Notes under the pieces: generated by a model | What the model was told of the DNA's origin: nothing | Database searches by the model: none | The model's input: only the letters and a program-made list of their open reading frames with translations | Program-made: the position numbers and the translations under genes | Shown here: positions 32,355-39,903 of the stretch, in pieces | Layout of the letters: every line of letters begins with the position of its first letter | Numbering within the stretch: position 1 is the first letter of the stretch | Assembly: GCA_023484045.1 (NCBI GenBank) | Contig: JAMDAA010000018.1 | Span: forward strand, 4-64,003 | Length of the DNA: 64,000 nucleotides | Source: Patescibacteria group bacterium | GTDB lineage: Bacteria > Patescibacteriota > Microgenomatia > Levybacterales > UBA12049 | Reading direction: 5' to 3'

Positions 32355-32438
32355 TGCGGACGAGAGGACTCGAACCTCCACGCTTTTTAGGGCACAGCCA
32401 CCTCAAGGCTGCGTGTATACCAGTTTCACCACGTCCGC
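32355..32438 (-). tRNA. tRNA-Leu (anticodon GAG), long variable arm
   Basis: manual fold: acceptor GCGGACG/CGTCCGC, anticodon stem CAGCC/GGCTG loop TTGAGGT, 16-nt variable arm. Confidence 0.8.
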
Positions 32439-32523
32439 ATGTAAACATTATATCAAAAAAGAGACAAGAAAATAATTATTTAGCATTTAGCGTCAGTCAC
32501 ATTGCTTCACTTATTTCATATTT

Positions 32524-33301
32524 CACCCCTGGGGTGATCTAGCTTGGCACCCCAGCAAGGATTTTATATTTTAGATATTTATTCAATAATCATTTTTTTT
32601 ATTAAACCAAGATTTCTTTGATAATCGACTTGATCAGCAACAAACTCAAAATATTTTTCTTTAGATTTGAACATACCGAGTAAAAAATCGGAGAAAACAA
32701 ACCTGTTAATGTTTACGTCTACATACCAAGAAAGTGAACTCCAAGGATAAGAAGCTAAGTATTTAAATTCGATAAGAAAAGAGGTAACAGGGTTTAAATG
32801 GATATATCGGGAAAGATGCAAAAATTCTTCATCGGTTTCTACCCATCTTGCTTTAAAAGAGTTTTCGAACAAAGTACCATGACGACCGTTTATTAGATTA
32901 TGGTTTTTGGCAAAACTGTTTTGAAAATTTGAAACAAACCTTAAAATACCACTATCTTGAAGTTGTTTAAGAAGAAAGTGGTAATGGTTAGGCATCAAAA
33001 CAAAAGCATAAATTTCAACTAAAGGGGTTTTACCCTTAATATTTATTGCATATTCTTCCCTAAGATTTCTTGGGAGTGTTTTAAATTTTGAATATCTTAA
33101 TTCTTGAGAAAAACGATAGTAGTCAATAATATCAAGAGCTTTATTTAAGGCTTTTTTATTAGCAAAAATTTCTTCCTTGCCAACTGAACGATTAAACACA
33201 TGGTATATTTCATTTGATGCGAAAATGAGATTTCTTCGAGGCATAAAATAAATTTATTATGAATTTCCTGGAGTGTCAATAGTCAAACACCCCAGGGGTG
33301 T
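32524..33301 (-). mobile_element. REP-like palindrome / RAYT-like transposase / REP-like palindrome unit
   Basis: CACCCC-T-GGGGTG at 32524..32536 and ACACCCC-A-GGGGTGT at 33287..33301 bracket the gene. Confidence 0.55.
32579..33244 (-). CDS. IS200-like Y1 (HUH) transposase, RAYT-like, paralog 2
   Basis: 'MPNHYHFLL' HUH motif, 'SRYIHLNPV'; ~35-40% identical to 5820..6491 product. Confidence 0.75.
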   Translation of the reverse strand: MPRRNLIFASNEIYHVFNRSVGKEEIFANKKALNKALDIIDYYRFSQELRYSKFKTLPRNLREEYAINIKGKTPLVEIYAFVLMPNHYHFLLKQLQDSGILRFVSNFQNSFAKNHNLINGRHGTLFENSFKARWVETDEEFLHLSRYIHLNPVTSFLIEFKYLASYPWSSLSWYVDVNINRFVFSDFLLGMFKSKEKYFEFVADQVDYQRNLGLIKKMIIE

Positions 33302-33322
33302 CTTTGTCTTTATCTTATCTAG

Positions 33323-33406
33323 TGCCGAGAGAGGGATTCGAACCCTCAATCCGTTACCGGAACACGGCCCTGAACCGTGCGCGTCTACCAGTTTCGCCAT
33401 CTCGGC
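33323..33406 (-). tRNA. tRNA-Leu (anticodon CAG), long variable arm
   Basis: manual fold: acceptor GCCGAGA/TCTCGGC, anticodon stem CACGG/CCGTG loop TTCAGGG, T arm GAGGG-TTCGAAT-CCCTC. Confidence 0.8.
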
Positions 33407-33517
33407 AAGGCAAGGCGGGTCTGCCAATTCCAGCACCAAAGCATGTTATTCTTACTTGATTGTATCAAATGCGCACAAAACTTGACAACATTTTTAAAAT
33501 ATGCAACATTTAAAGCA

Positions 33518-34120
33518 ATGCGAAAGTTAATCCTAACTACGGTTTTTTTTGTGGGATGCTTTTTGTTTTTGGCATTTAATATCGTTTTATTGTCTTACCT
33601 CAAATATCATAAGCAAACGATTTCGATCCCGCTTTTCTCATCGACATCTGCACAAACGGTTGCTTACGCCGCGCTTCCGACGGCCCAAAACAATTTCAGT
33701 GATGAAATAACTCAAGAAGACGCGAGGGTCGAAAAAATCAGAGAATTTTTAGTAAAATATAAATCGCCGCTTGCTCCATACGCCGAAAAAATCGTTAATG
33801 AAGCCGACAAAAATAATATCGATCACAGACTGCTGCCCGCGATCGCGATGCAGGAATCTAATCTCTGTGTAAAAGCCCCGAAAGATTCATACAATTGCTG
33901 GGGGTTCGGAATATACGAAAAAAAAGTAACGAGGTTTTCCGGCTTTGAAGAGGCGATCGAAACAGTAACTAAAACGCTTGCCCGCGACTACATAAACCAA
34001 GGATTGCAAACACCCGAGGACATACAAAAAAAATACACTCCTTCGAACAATGGAGATTGGGCAAAATCGGTAAATCACTTCATGGCTAGCCTCGATTTAA
34101 CCCTACCTTCGACCTTATAG
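33518..34120 (+). CDS. membrane-anchored peptidoglycan-hydrolase-like protein (glucosaminidase/lysozyme-like fold), paralog A
   Basis: 'LLPAIAMQESNLC...YNCWGFG' resembles the FlgJ/glucosaminidase ESxxG...NNxFG motif; start moved to Met at 33518 because the upstream part of the ORF overlaps tRNA-Leu. Confidence 0.4.
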   Translation: MRKLILTTVFFVGCFLFLAFNIVLLSYLKYHKQTISIPLFSSTSAQTVAYAALPTAQNNFSDEITQEDARVEKIREFLVKYKSPLAPYAEKIVNEADKNNIDHRLLPAIAMQESNLCVKAPKDSYNCWGFGIYEKKVTRFSGFEEAIETVTKTLARDYINQGLQTPEDIQKKYTPSNNGDWAKSVNHFMASLDLTLPSTL

Positions 34121-34211
34121 CCTTTGACTTGACAAACCTATAGTTGCTTGATATAATACCCCACAGATCCTAAGGTATGTCGCTAAAACCGCCATACGTT
34201 AGGATTTTTTT

Positions 34212-34790
34212 ATGGCCCAGCAATTTGCTGGACAAAAATTTATGAAAAGAATATTACTTATAGTAATGTCCTTAATAATCCTTTCACTTCCCCAAAAAAT
34301 ATACGCTGATCAAATCCCCGCTAAATCCACATCTGCTAACCTTATAACAACTCAAGTAAAAATTGAGAAAGACAATCGTGTGGCGATTTTAAAAGAATTC
34401 TTGGAAACATACAATTCTCCGCTTGCCGAAAACTCTGAGGATTTTGTTAAGTCGGCGGATAAATACGATATCGACTGGAAATTGGTCGCGGCGATATCGG
34501 GTGTTGAATCGACGTTTGGTAAGCAAATTCCCAATAATTCCTATAACGGTTGGGGGTGGGGAGTTTATGGAGATAACGTAATTTACTTTAAGTCGTGGAG
34601 TGACGCGATCGAAACGATCTCAAAAGGACTTAGAGAAAACTATATAGACCGCGGCGCGACAAATATTTATGCGATCGGACGAATCTACGCCGCGTCACAA
34701 ACGTGGGCGCAAAGGGTCGAATATTTTATGAACCGGATCAAAGACTATGAGCTAAGAAATCCGGAAGATACTCTTTCGCTCTCGATCTGA
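34212..34790 (+). CDS. membrane-anchored peptidoglycan-hydrolase-like protein, paralog B
   Basis: 'LVAAISGVESTFG...YNGWGWG' same motif as 33518..34120; N-terminal TM. Confidence 0.4.
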   Translation: MAQQFAGQKFMKRILLIVMSLIILSLPQKIYADQIPAKSTSANLITTQVKIEKDNRVAILKEFLETYNSPLAENSEDFVKSADKYDIDWKLVAAISGVESTFGKQIPNNSYNGWGWGVYGDNVIYFKSWSDAIETISKGLRENYIDRGATNIYAIGRIYAASQTWAQRVEYFMNRIKDYELRNPEDTLSLSI

Positions 34791-34852
34791 ATAAGATATA
34801 ATAAGCTTTGGAGAGGCGGGTGTCTCGATGTAATATCGGGATGGGCGGTCTC

Positions 34853-34936
34853 GCCCAGGTGGCGAAATTGGTAGACGCGATAGGTTTAGGACCTATTGTC
34901 CATAAGGACTTGGGAGTTCGAGTCTCCCCTTGGGCA
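34853..34936 (+). tRNA. tRNA-Leu (anticodon TAG), long variable arm
   Basis: manual fold: acceptor GCCCAGG/CTTGGGC, anticodon stem ATAGG/CCTAT loop TTTAGGA, T arm GGGAG-TTCGAGT-CTCCC. Confidence 0.8.
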
Positions 34937-35023
34937 CAGTCCTCCCTGTCCTCCGAAGCCTCTCGCCACGCGAAGCCTTGGCGAAGTGCGGTGGCGAAGG
35001 AGGATCCCGGCTACTCGAAATTT

Positions 35024-35896
35024 ATGATATCAGCAATCGAAAAATTACAAGACGGAACAATAAAACTGACTCTTACGATCCCTTTTTCTGACGTTACCAA
35101 GACAAAAGAAGAAGTGATCGGTTTATTTGTTGCAGAATCCGAACTACCGGGGTTTAGAAAAGGAAAAGCTCCAAAAAAGCTCGTCGAGGAAAAAATCGAC
35201 CAAGAAAAAGTTCGGGAAGAAATTCTAAAACGATTATTACCAAAGGCTTATTCAGAAGCAGTCAAAGATCACAATTTGAGACCGATTATCAATCCGCAAA
35301 TACATATTCATCAGATTGAAGAGAGTAAAGACTGGATCTTTGTTGCGCTAACCTGCGAAGCTCCGGAAATAAATTTAGGCAATTATAAAGACGAAATTAA
35401 AAAATTAACTGCTAAAAGTAAAATTATTGTTCCGGACAGAGAACCCTTCGACAAGCTCAGGGCAAGACCCTTCGACAAAGCTCAGGGCAAGCAGGAAGTA
35501 AATTTCGACGAAATCGTAAAAGAACTTTTGACAAACGCAACCGTTAAAATCCCAAAAATTATTGTCGATCAGGAGACCGACAGACTACTTGCACAAACTC
35601 TGGATGAAGTAAAAAAACTCGGTTTAACTCTTGAACAATATCTCTCTTCAACCCAAAGAACTCCGCAGGACTTAAGAGCAGAATACGTGAAAAAAGCCGA
35701 AGACGATATAAAACTCGAGTTTGTTCTTCAAAAAGTAGCACAGGATGAAAAAATATCGGTTTCGGAAAAAGAAATCGATGAGGCGATCCAAAAGGCAAAA
35801 GACGAAAACGAGCGAAAAAATCTTGAAGCAAACAGATATTTACTCGCAAGTATTTTAAGACAGCAAAAAACACTTGATTTCCTAAGGAATTTGTGA
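35024..35896 (+). CDS. tig: trigger factor, short form lacking the PPIase domain
   Basis: ribosome-binding signature 'GFRKGKAP' in N-terminal domain plus C-terminal chaperone-arm-like region; only ~290 aa; start set at MISAIEKL (35024) because the upstream ORF extension runs through tRNA-Leu(TAG). Confidence 0.7.
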   Translation: MISAIEKLQDGTIKLTLTIPFSDVTKTKEEVIGLFVAESELPGFRKGKAPKKLVEEKIDQEKVREEILKRLLPKAYSEAVKDHNLRPIINPQIHIHQIEESKDWIFVALTCEAPEINLGNYKDEIKKLTAKSKIIVPDREPFDKLRARPFDKAQGKQEVNFDEIVKELLTNATVKIPKIIVDQETDRLLAQTLDEVKKLGLTLEQYLSSTQRTPQDLRAEYVKKAEDDIKLEFVLQKVAQDEKISVSEKEIDEAIQKAKDENERKNLEANRYLLASILRQQKTLDFLRNL

Positions 35897-35912
35897 TAGG
35901 TTTGAGGCTAAC

Positions 35913-36560
35913 ATGAAAGCCAGAAAAGATAAGGCACACTCAAAGCAACTTTTAAACCAGAACCTCATCGAAGCAGGAAGAGACCTCGGCGACGATGTCG
36001 CAAAAACGATGTTTAGTGATCTTGCCCTCGGATCGGCATCTGACGCCTGGGAACAGTTTTTCGGAAGCGGAAAATCCGAAAAGGACAACAAACAATTAAG
36101 CGGAGACCTCTCGGAAGGAGAAGAATTAAATCTTAAAAAGACAAAAGAGCCCAAAAAAACCGTTCGGCCCGATATTTTACCAAACATCGATTACCGGCGC
36201 GAAATTATCCACGCGGAAACACTCGGACAAAACGAAGTAAGCCGCGAGATTACTGTTAAAATTCAGGAAATCAGGGTAGAAATCCAAAAACTCACTCAGA
36301 CTTCTAAAGAACTTCAAGTGCAATTTAAAGATGTTGTAGTTGCCCAGCTTCCAAAAAAAGCCGGAAAATACCATTTATTCTTTTTCGAGTGGGTATTGTC
36401 TGCGATAAAAATCGCGCGACAAAAGGTTGAAGAATCACAATCTTGGCTCAATACTTTCCAAAATAAAAAATCCAAGAGAAATTACTGGGCGATGGAGAAA
36501 AAACACGGCACAAGCTTCAGTCTTTCAAACGAGCGTGTTGTCTCAACGCAGACAGGATAA
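35913..36560 (+). CDS. hypothetical protein
   Basis: 215 aa ORF 16 nt after tig; no recognisable domain. Confidence 0.4.
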   Translation: MKARKDKAHSKQLLNQNLIEAGRDLGDDVAKTMFSDLALGSASDAWEQFFGSGKSEKDNKQLSGDLSEGEELNLKKTKEPKKTVRPDILPNIDYRREIIHAETLGQNEVSREITVKIQEIRVEIQKLTQTSKELQVQFKDVVVAQLPKKAGKYHLFFFEWVLSAIKIARQKVEESQSWLNTFQNKKSKRNYWAMEKKHGTSFSLSNERVVSTQTG

Positions 36561-36562
36561 CT

Positions 36563-36850
36563 ATGTCTATTGCCGAACAACCAAATCTGAAAGGTTCATT
36601 CGAAGCCGCCCGACCCACAGCGATTCAGAAAGAACGAAGTCTCGAAGTGCTAAGTTTCTGCAGAGAATTGGAACAGAAAGGACTCTGTATTATCGTGGAA
36701 GGAGATCACGAGTACTGCCGACAAATGACTGGAAAGATAGGAACTAATGGAAAACAAGAAACTATTCTGACAGGAGGAATATTTTTACCAGGCGAGCTGA
36801 CAGACGAGACAACAAGAACCGTAATTTTTAGAAAGATCTTTGACTTTTAA
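36563..36850 (+). CDS. hypothetical protein
   Basis: 95 aa ORF 2 nt after the previous stop (operonic). Confidence 0.35.
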   Translation: MSIAEQPNLKGSFEAARPTAIQKERSLEVLSFCRELEQKGLCIIVEGDHEYCRQMTGKIGTNGKQETILTGGIFLPGELTDETTRTVIFRKIFDF

Positions 36851-36978
36851 CAAAATAGTTTTATAATTAAAAAAATGAACAAATCTTTACTTATCCTTAA
36901 CCTTATTGTCCTTATCCGGGACGGTATTGGTTTGGGAGAGCAAAGATGACCTGAACAAACTTAAATAGAAAAAAAATA

Positions 36979-37005
36979 ATCTCCCAAACCGAGGGAGATT
37001 TTTTT
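36979..37005 (+). terminator. rho-independent terminator
   Basis: ATCTCCC-AAACC-GAGGGAGAT stem-loop followed by TTTTTTT. Confidence 0.6.
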
Positions 37006-37048
37006 ATGGTTCGGCAGGCTCACCATAAATCGGAAAGGGGGTGAAAAT

Positions 37049-37255
37049 ATGAGCTGTGAGATGAGAAATTTGCAAAGAGGATTACAGCAAAATAAAGAAA
37101 CATTGACACGATTACAATCAAAAATAGTATTCTTAAAGATGACTAGACAAAAGGGTGATCAAGAATATGGAGAAACGTTGCGTGCTTTAAGAAAAGCGGC
37201 AAAAAGTCAAAAACATACCCGAAGAGAGTACCATTCTCGAGCCGGTAGGTATTAA
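37049..37255 (+). CDS. hypothetical basic coiled-coil protein
   Basis: 68 aa ORF with 'gggggtgaaaat' SD; lies in a GC-elevated island. Confidence 0.3.
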   Translation: MSCEMRNLQRGLQQNKETLTRLQSKIVFLKMTRQKGDQEYGETLRALRKAAKSQKHTRREYHSRAGRY

Positions 37256-37293
37256 ACACAAAAAGTTAATTTATGATAAAATACTGAATTTAT

Positions 37294-37854
37294 ATGGTTG
37301 AAGCAGATCTGATTGAGCTATCATGTCAACCCGAACGTAGGGTTTTAATAGGAAGAGACGACTATGCAGTAGTTCCTGTATTAAGTGACCAAGCAAATGC
37401 TTTTTTGCTTGAGTCACAAGAAAGAATTGCTTTGGTAAAAAAACATGCTCGCGCATTAGAATTTAAATTTAATAATAATTCTGCCGAAGACTTGCACAAC
37501 CAGTTTCGGGGAGGACGCCCGAAATCAGCCTATTTTACATTGCTTGACGGAAGACTTATTGTCGAGTGGGGAGAAATTAGCGCAGACGGCAATGCAAAAC
37601 TCCACGATTATTTAAATCGCAACCTTGATTACAATAGAAGGGTAAAATCGGGCGGAGTATTGCGATCAGGTCACATAGGAGCTATTCACTTCAGGAAATG
37701 TCCGGCAGAAATTAGACTTGCGCTTATCGATTCTCTTTGGAGCGGACAACAAATCGTAGAATCTTCTCCGGAATATAAAATTACCACAACGCTCTTACAT
37801 AATGGAATTTTACCTATAACTACGGATGCTATCCCCGCAATCCCGTCTGAATAA
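37294..37854 (+). CDS. hypothetical protein (compositionally atypical)
   Basis: 186 aa ORF; local GC ~43% vs ~25-35% in flanking genes; GC-rich codon choices. Confidence 0.4.
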   Translation: MVEADLIELSCQPERRVLIGRDDYAVVPVLSDQANAFLLESQERIALVKKHARALEFKFNNNSAEDLHNQFRGGRPKSAYFTLLDGRLIVEWGEISADGNAKLHDYLNRNLDYNRRVKSGGVLRSGHIGAIHFRKCPAEIRLALIDSLWSGQQIVESSPEYKITTTLLHNGILPITTDAIPAIPSE

Positions 37855-37932
37855 TTGTTTTATCAGCCTCGATCTGCTAAAATTTAACTCAGAGTGAGGA
37901 GGATCGAAGATCCTGAGTAACGAAGTTGTGAT

Positions 37933-37991
37933 GGACTCTTAGCTCAGTTGGTTAGAGCGGTCGCCTTAGGCGACAGGTCGCAGGTTCGAAT
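37933..37991 (+). pseudogene. tRNA-Val-like 5' fragment (acceptor-5', D arm, aberrant anticodon arm, T stem-5' and T loop; 3' part replaced)
   Basis: identical to tRNA-Val(GAC) at 38237 over positions 1-25 and 44-60 but with anticodon arm GTCGCC-TTA-GGCGAC and no 3' acceptor strand. Confidence 0.5.
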
Positions 37992-38000
37992 AGTACATAA

Positions 38001-38246
38001 ATGTGGTACGTATATGTTTTGAAAAGTATAGTAAATTCGAGATTTTATACAGGATCAACAAATAACTTGGAAAGAAGATTAAAAGAACATAATTCAGGGC
38101 ATAGTAAATATACAAGGTTAACTAAACCTTTTGAAATTATATACCAAGAAACTTACAAAAAGAGACTTGAGGCACGGAGGAGAGAATTATTTTTAAAAAC
38201 TGGTAAGGGAAGAGAGTTATTGAAAAGTTTAATCATGGACTCTTAG
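38001..38246 (+). CDS. GIY-YIG nuclease family protein, copy 2 (embedded between tRNA-Val fragment and intact tRNA-Val)
   Basis: 'MWYVYVLKSIVNSRFYTGSTNNLERRLKEH'; stop codon TAG lies at positions 8-10 of the downstream tRNA. Confidence 0.75.
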   Translation: MWYVYVLKSIVNSRFYTGSTNNLERRLKEHNSGHSKYTRLTKPFEIIYQETYKKRLEARRRELFLKTGKGRELLKSLIMDS

Positions 38247-38310
38247 CTCAGTTGGTTAGAGCGCGTCGTTGACATCGACGAGGTCGCAGGTTCGAATCCT
38301 ACAGAGTCCA
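38237..38310 (+). tRNA. tRNA-Val (anticodon GAC)
   Basis: manual fold: GGACTCT-TA-GCTC-AGTTGGTTA-GAGC-G-CGTCG-TTGACAT-CGACG-AGGTC-GCAGG-TTCGAAT-CCTAC-AGAGTCC-A (one C-A mismatch in T stem). Confidence 0.75.
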
Positions 38311-38377
38311 CTTAGCTAAGTTTGTTAGAGCGGTCGCCTTAGGCGACAGGTCACAAGTTCGACTCTTGTCGAGCCCA
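38311..38377 (+). pseudogene. tRNA-like 3' fragment with degenerate D arm, same aberrant anticodon hairpin, distinct T arm and CGAGCCC-A 3' end
   Basis: 'GTTAGAGCGGTCGCCTTAGGCGACAGGTC' shared with 37951..37979; no matching 5' acceptor strand. Confidence 0.4.
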
Positions 38378-38534
38378 CTTGTTTTATTGCTCTATCTTAA
38401 AGCACGATCGCAAGGACACCTCGGAGTGTAGTGTAAAGAGTGAATGCAAAAATCCACGACGAAGAATGGTAGCGTCCTAAAAATAATACTATAGTCCGAT
38501 TATTTTTAATCCATTATTATCCATTTTGTCATTC

Positions 38535-38565
38535 TTGACAGTTATTGAAGATCTTAATTTATAAT
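38535..38565 (+). promoter_or_regulatory. sigma70-like promoter (TTGACA ... TATAAT) for the tasA-like/sipW operon
   Basis: TTGACA at 38535..38540, TATAAT at 38560..38565 (19-nt spacer, slightly long). Confidence 0.35.
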
Positions 38566-38671
38566 CTTTGTGCATCTTCTGAAACTGCCCACTCAGAGGA
38601 ATCGTTTCCGAATTAAATTTTAATTATGAGTATACCTGCCCTTAAAATACGCTTGTATTGTAATAAAATCG

Positions 38672-38704
38672 AACCAGCCTCTAGAAAAATGGGCTGGTTT
38701 TTTT
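38672..38704 (+). promoter_or_regulatory. terminator-like hairpin + U-run inside the 5' leader, 25 nt before the tasA-like start (possible attenuator)
   Basis: AACCAGCC-(12 nt)-GGCTGGTT followed by TTTTTTT, then SD 'aggaggtg'. Confidence 0.4.
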
Positions 38705-38729
38705 GATAAAAATATTTAAAAGATAGGAG

Positions 38730-39293
38730 GTGAAAAATAAAATGAATAGAAAAATCGCGATGAGTATGATGTCTATTTTTTCAGTATTAACGCTTATGAG
38801 CGGAGCAGCATACGCAGCTTTTAGCTCGACTGCTTCTAATAATGGTAATACATTTGGAGCCGGAAGTATTTCGCTCACAATCAATGGCTCATCTGGTTCA
38901 GGTTCATCGCCGGTATTTAATGTTCCAGGTGCTGCACCGGGCCAAATATTTACTCAACCAATTATTTTGGCAAATGCTGGTTCTGATGCATCTAATAAGA
39001 CAAAGCTGGTAAATATTAATCATGGAACGGGAACAAGTCCTGATCTAGGAAACAAGCTAACATTACAGATATACGACGACGTGGATGGTAATGGAATACT
39101 TGATGGATCGGATCCGTTAAGAGGAAGTGCACATGTAACAGATGGTGCATGGAGCAATATCGATCTTGGATTTGGATTATCAGCTGGCGGAGCTCACAGA
39201 ATATTCGCAGTAATTACATTTGATAGTGATGCAGACAATACGTATCAAGGAGCGAATTCAAACTTTAATCTAAATTTCGAGACAAGCCAATAA
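38730..39293 (+). CDS. TasA/CalY/camelysin-family secreted protein (peptidase M73-like fibre subunit) with SipW-cognate signal peptide
   Basis: '...LMSGAAYAAFSSTASNNGNTFGAGSISLTINGS...FNVPGAAPGQIFTQPIILANAGS' aligns with B. subtilis TasA 'TWAAFNDIKSKDATFASGTLDLSA...LKPGDKLTKDFQFENNGS'. Confidence 0.7.
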   Translation: MKNKMNRKIAMSMMSIFSVLTLMSGAAYAAFSSTASNNGNTFGAGSISLTINGSSGSGSSPVFNVPGAAPGQIFTQPIILANAGSDASNKTKLVNINHGTGTSPDLGNKLTLQIYDDVDGNGILDGSDPLRGSAHVTDGAWSNIDLGFGLSAGGAHRIFAVITFDSDADNTYQGANSNFNLNFETSQ

Positions 39294-39363
39294 GCATTGA
39301 CAGGAATACCGGTAGCGGGAAATTGCATCCTCTCGTTACCGGTAGAAAAGGAGAATTTAAAAT

Positions 39364-39903
39364 ATGAAAATAATAAAAATAGTTCAAAATATATTAATAG
39401 TATTAGTTCTTGTAATCCTTCCTCTAATATTTTTTATTTTAATAACTTCTAAATGGCCAATTATTTTGGGGATTCGCTCTTACACTGTCTTAACCGGCAG
39501 TATGCAACCTTCTATTCCAATTGGAGCGATTGTGTTCACAAAACCTACTGACTACAAAATAGGCGATATAATCTCGTTTCAAAGAAATAGCATCGTTGTC
39601 ACTCATAGAGTAGTTAATGTTCTAGAAAAACAAAATAATAAAATATCTTATCGAACAAAAGGTGATGCGAATGACTCAAAAGATAGTGAATTAGTTTCAA
39701 ATTCTCTAGTCGTCGGAAAAGTCATGTTTACACTACCTTTTCTAGGCAGATTTATTTCTTATCTAAAAACTGTGCCTGGATTTATAATATTTATTGTTTT
39801 ACCAACTATCATATTTGTTGGATTCGAGTTGTATGAAATTAAAAAAGAATTCGAAAAACAGATCGAGAAAAAACTTCTTAAAAAATTGCAAGGGAATATA
39901 TGA
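39364..39903 (+). CDS. sipW: signal peptidase I, SipW/archaeal type (S26B)
   Basis: 'VLTGSMQPSIPIGAIV' (Ser box), 'HRV', 'TKGDANDSKD' boxes, N- and C-terminal TM helices. Confidence 0.8.
   Translation: MKIIKIVQNILIVLVLVILPLIFFILITSKWPIILGIRSYTVLTGSMQPSIPIGAIVFTKPTDYKIGDIISFQRNSIVVTHRVVNVLEKQNNKISYRTKGDANDSKDSELVSNSLVVGKVMFTLPFLGRFISYLKTVPGFIIFIVLPTIIFVGFELYEIKKEFEKQIEKKLLKKLQGNI

Noticed and set aside
33377-33517. Upstream extension of the hydrolase-like ORF (start 33377)
   Set aside because: Overlaps tRNA-Leu(CAG) on the opposite strand; the Met at 33518 gives a proper N-terminal TM anchor.
34808-35023. N-terminal extension of tig ORF (start at 34808)
   Set aside because: Extension runs through tRNA-Leu(TAG) and a GC-rich element; the credible start with SD is at 35024.
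35439-35492. Possible CRISPR-like or other array from short direct repeats (also 28571..28686)
   Set aside because: Only two copies each, no regular spacer-repeat periodicity, and one pair is inside a coding gene; no CRISPR array present in the window.
37933-37991. Suppressor tRNA (anticodon TTA) interpretation of the tRNA-Val-like fragment
   Set aside because: Anticodon arm would need a non-canonical 4-bp stem with C33, and the 3' half of the tRNA is missing; more parsimonious as a rearranged pseudogene.
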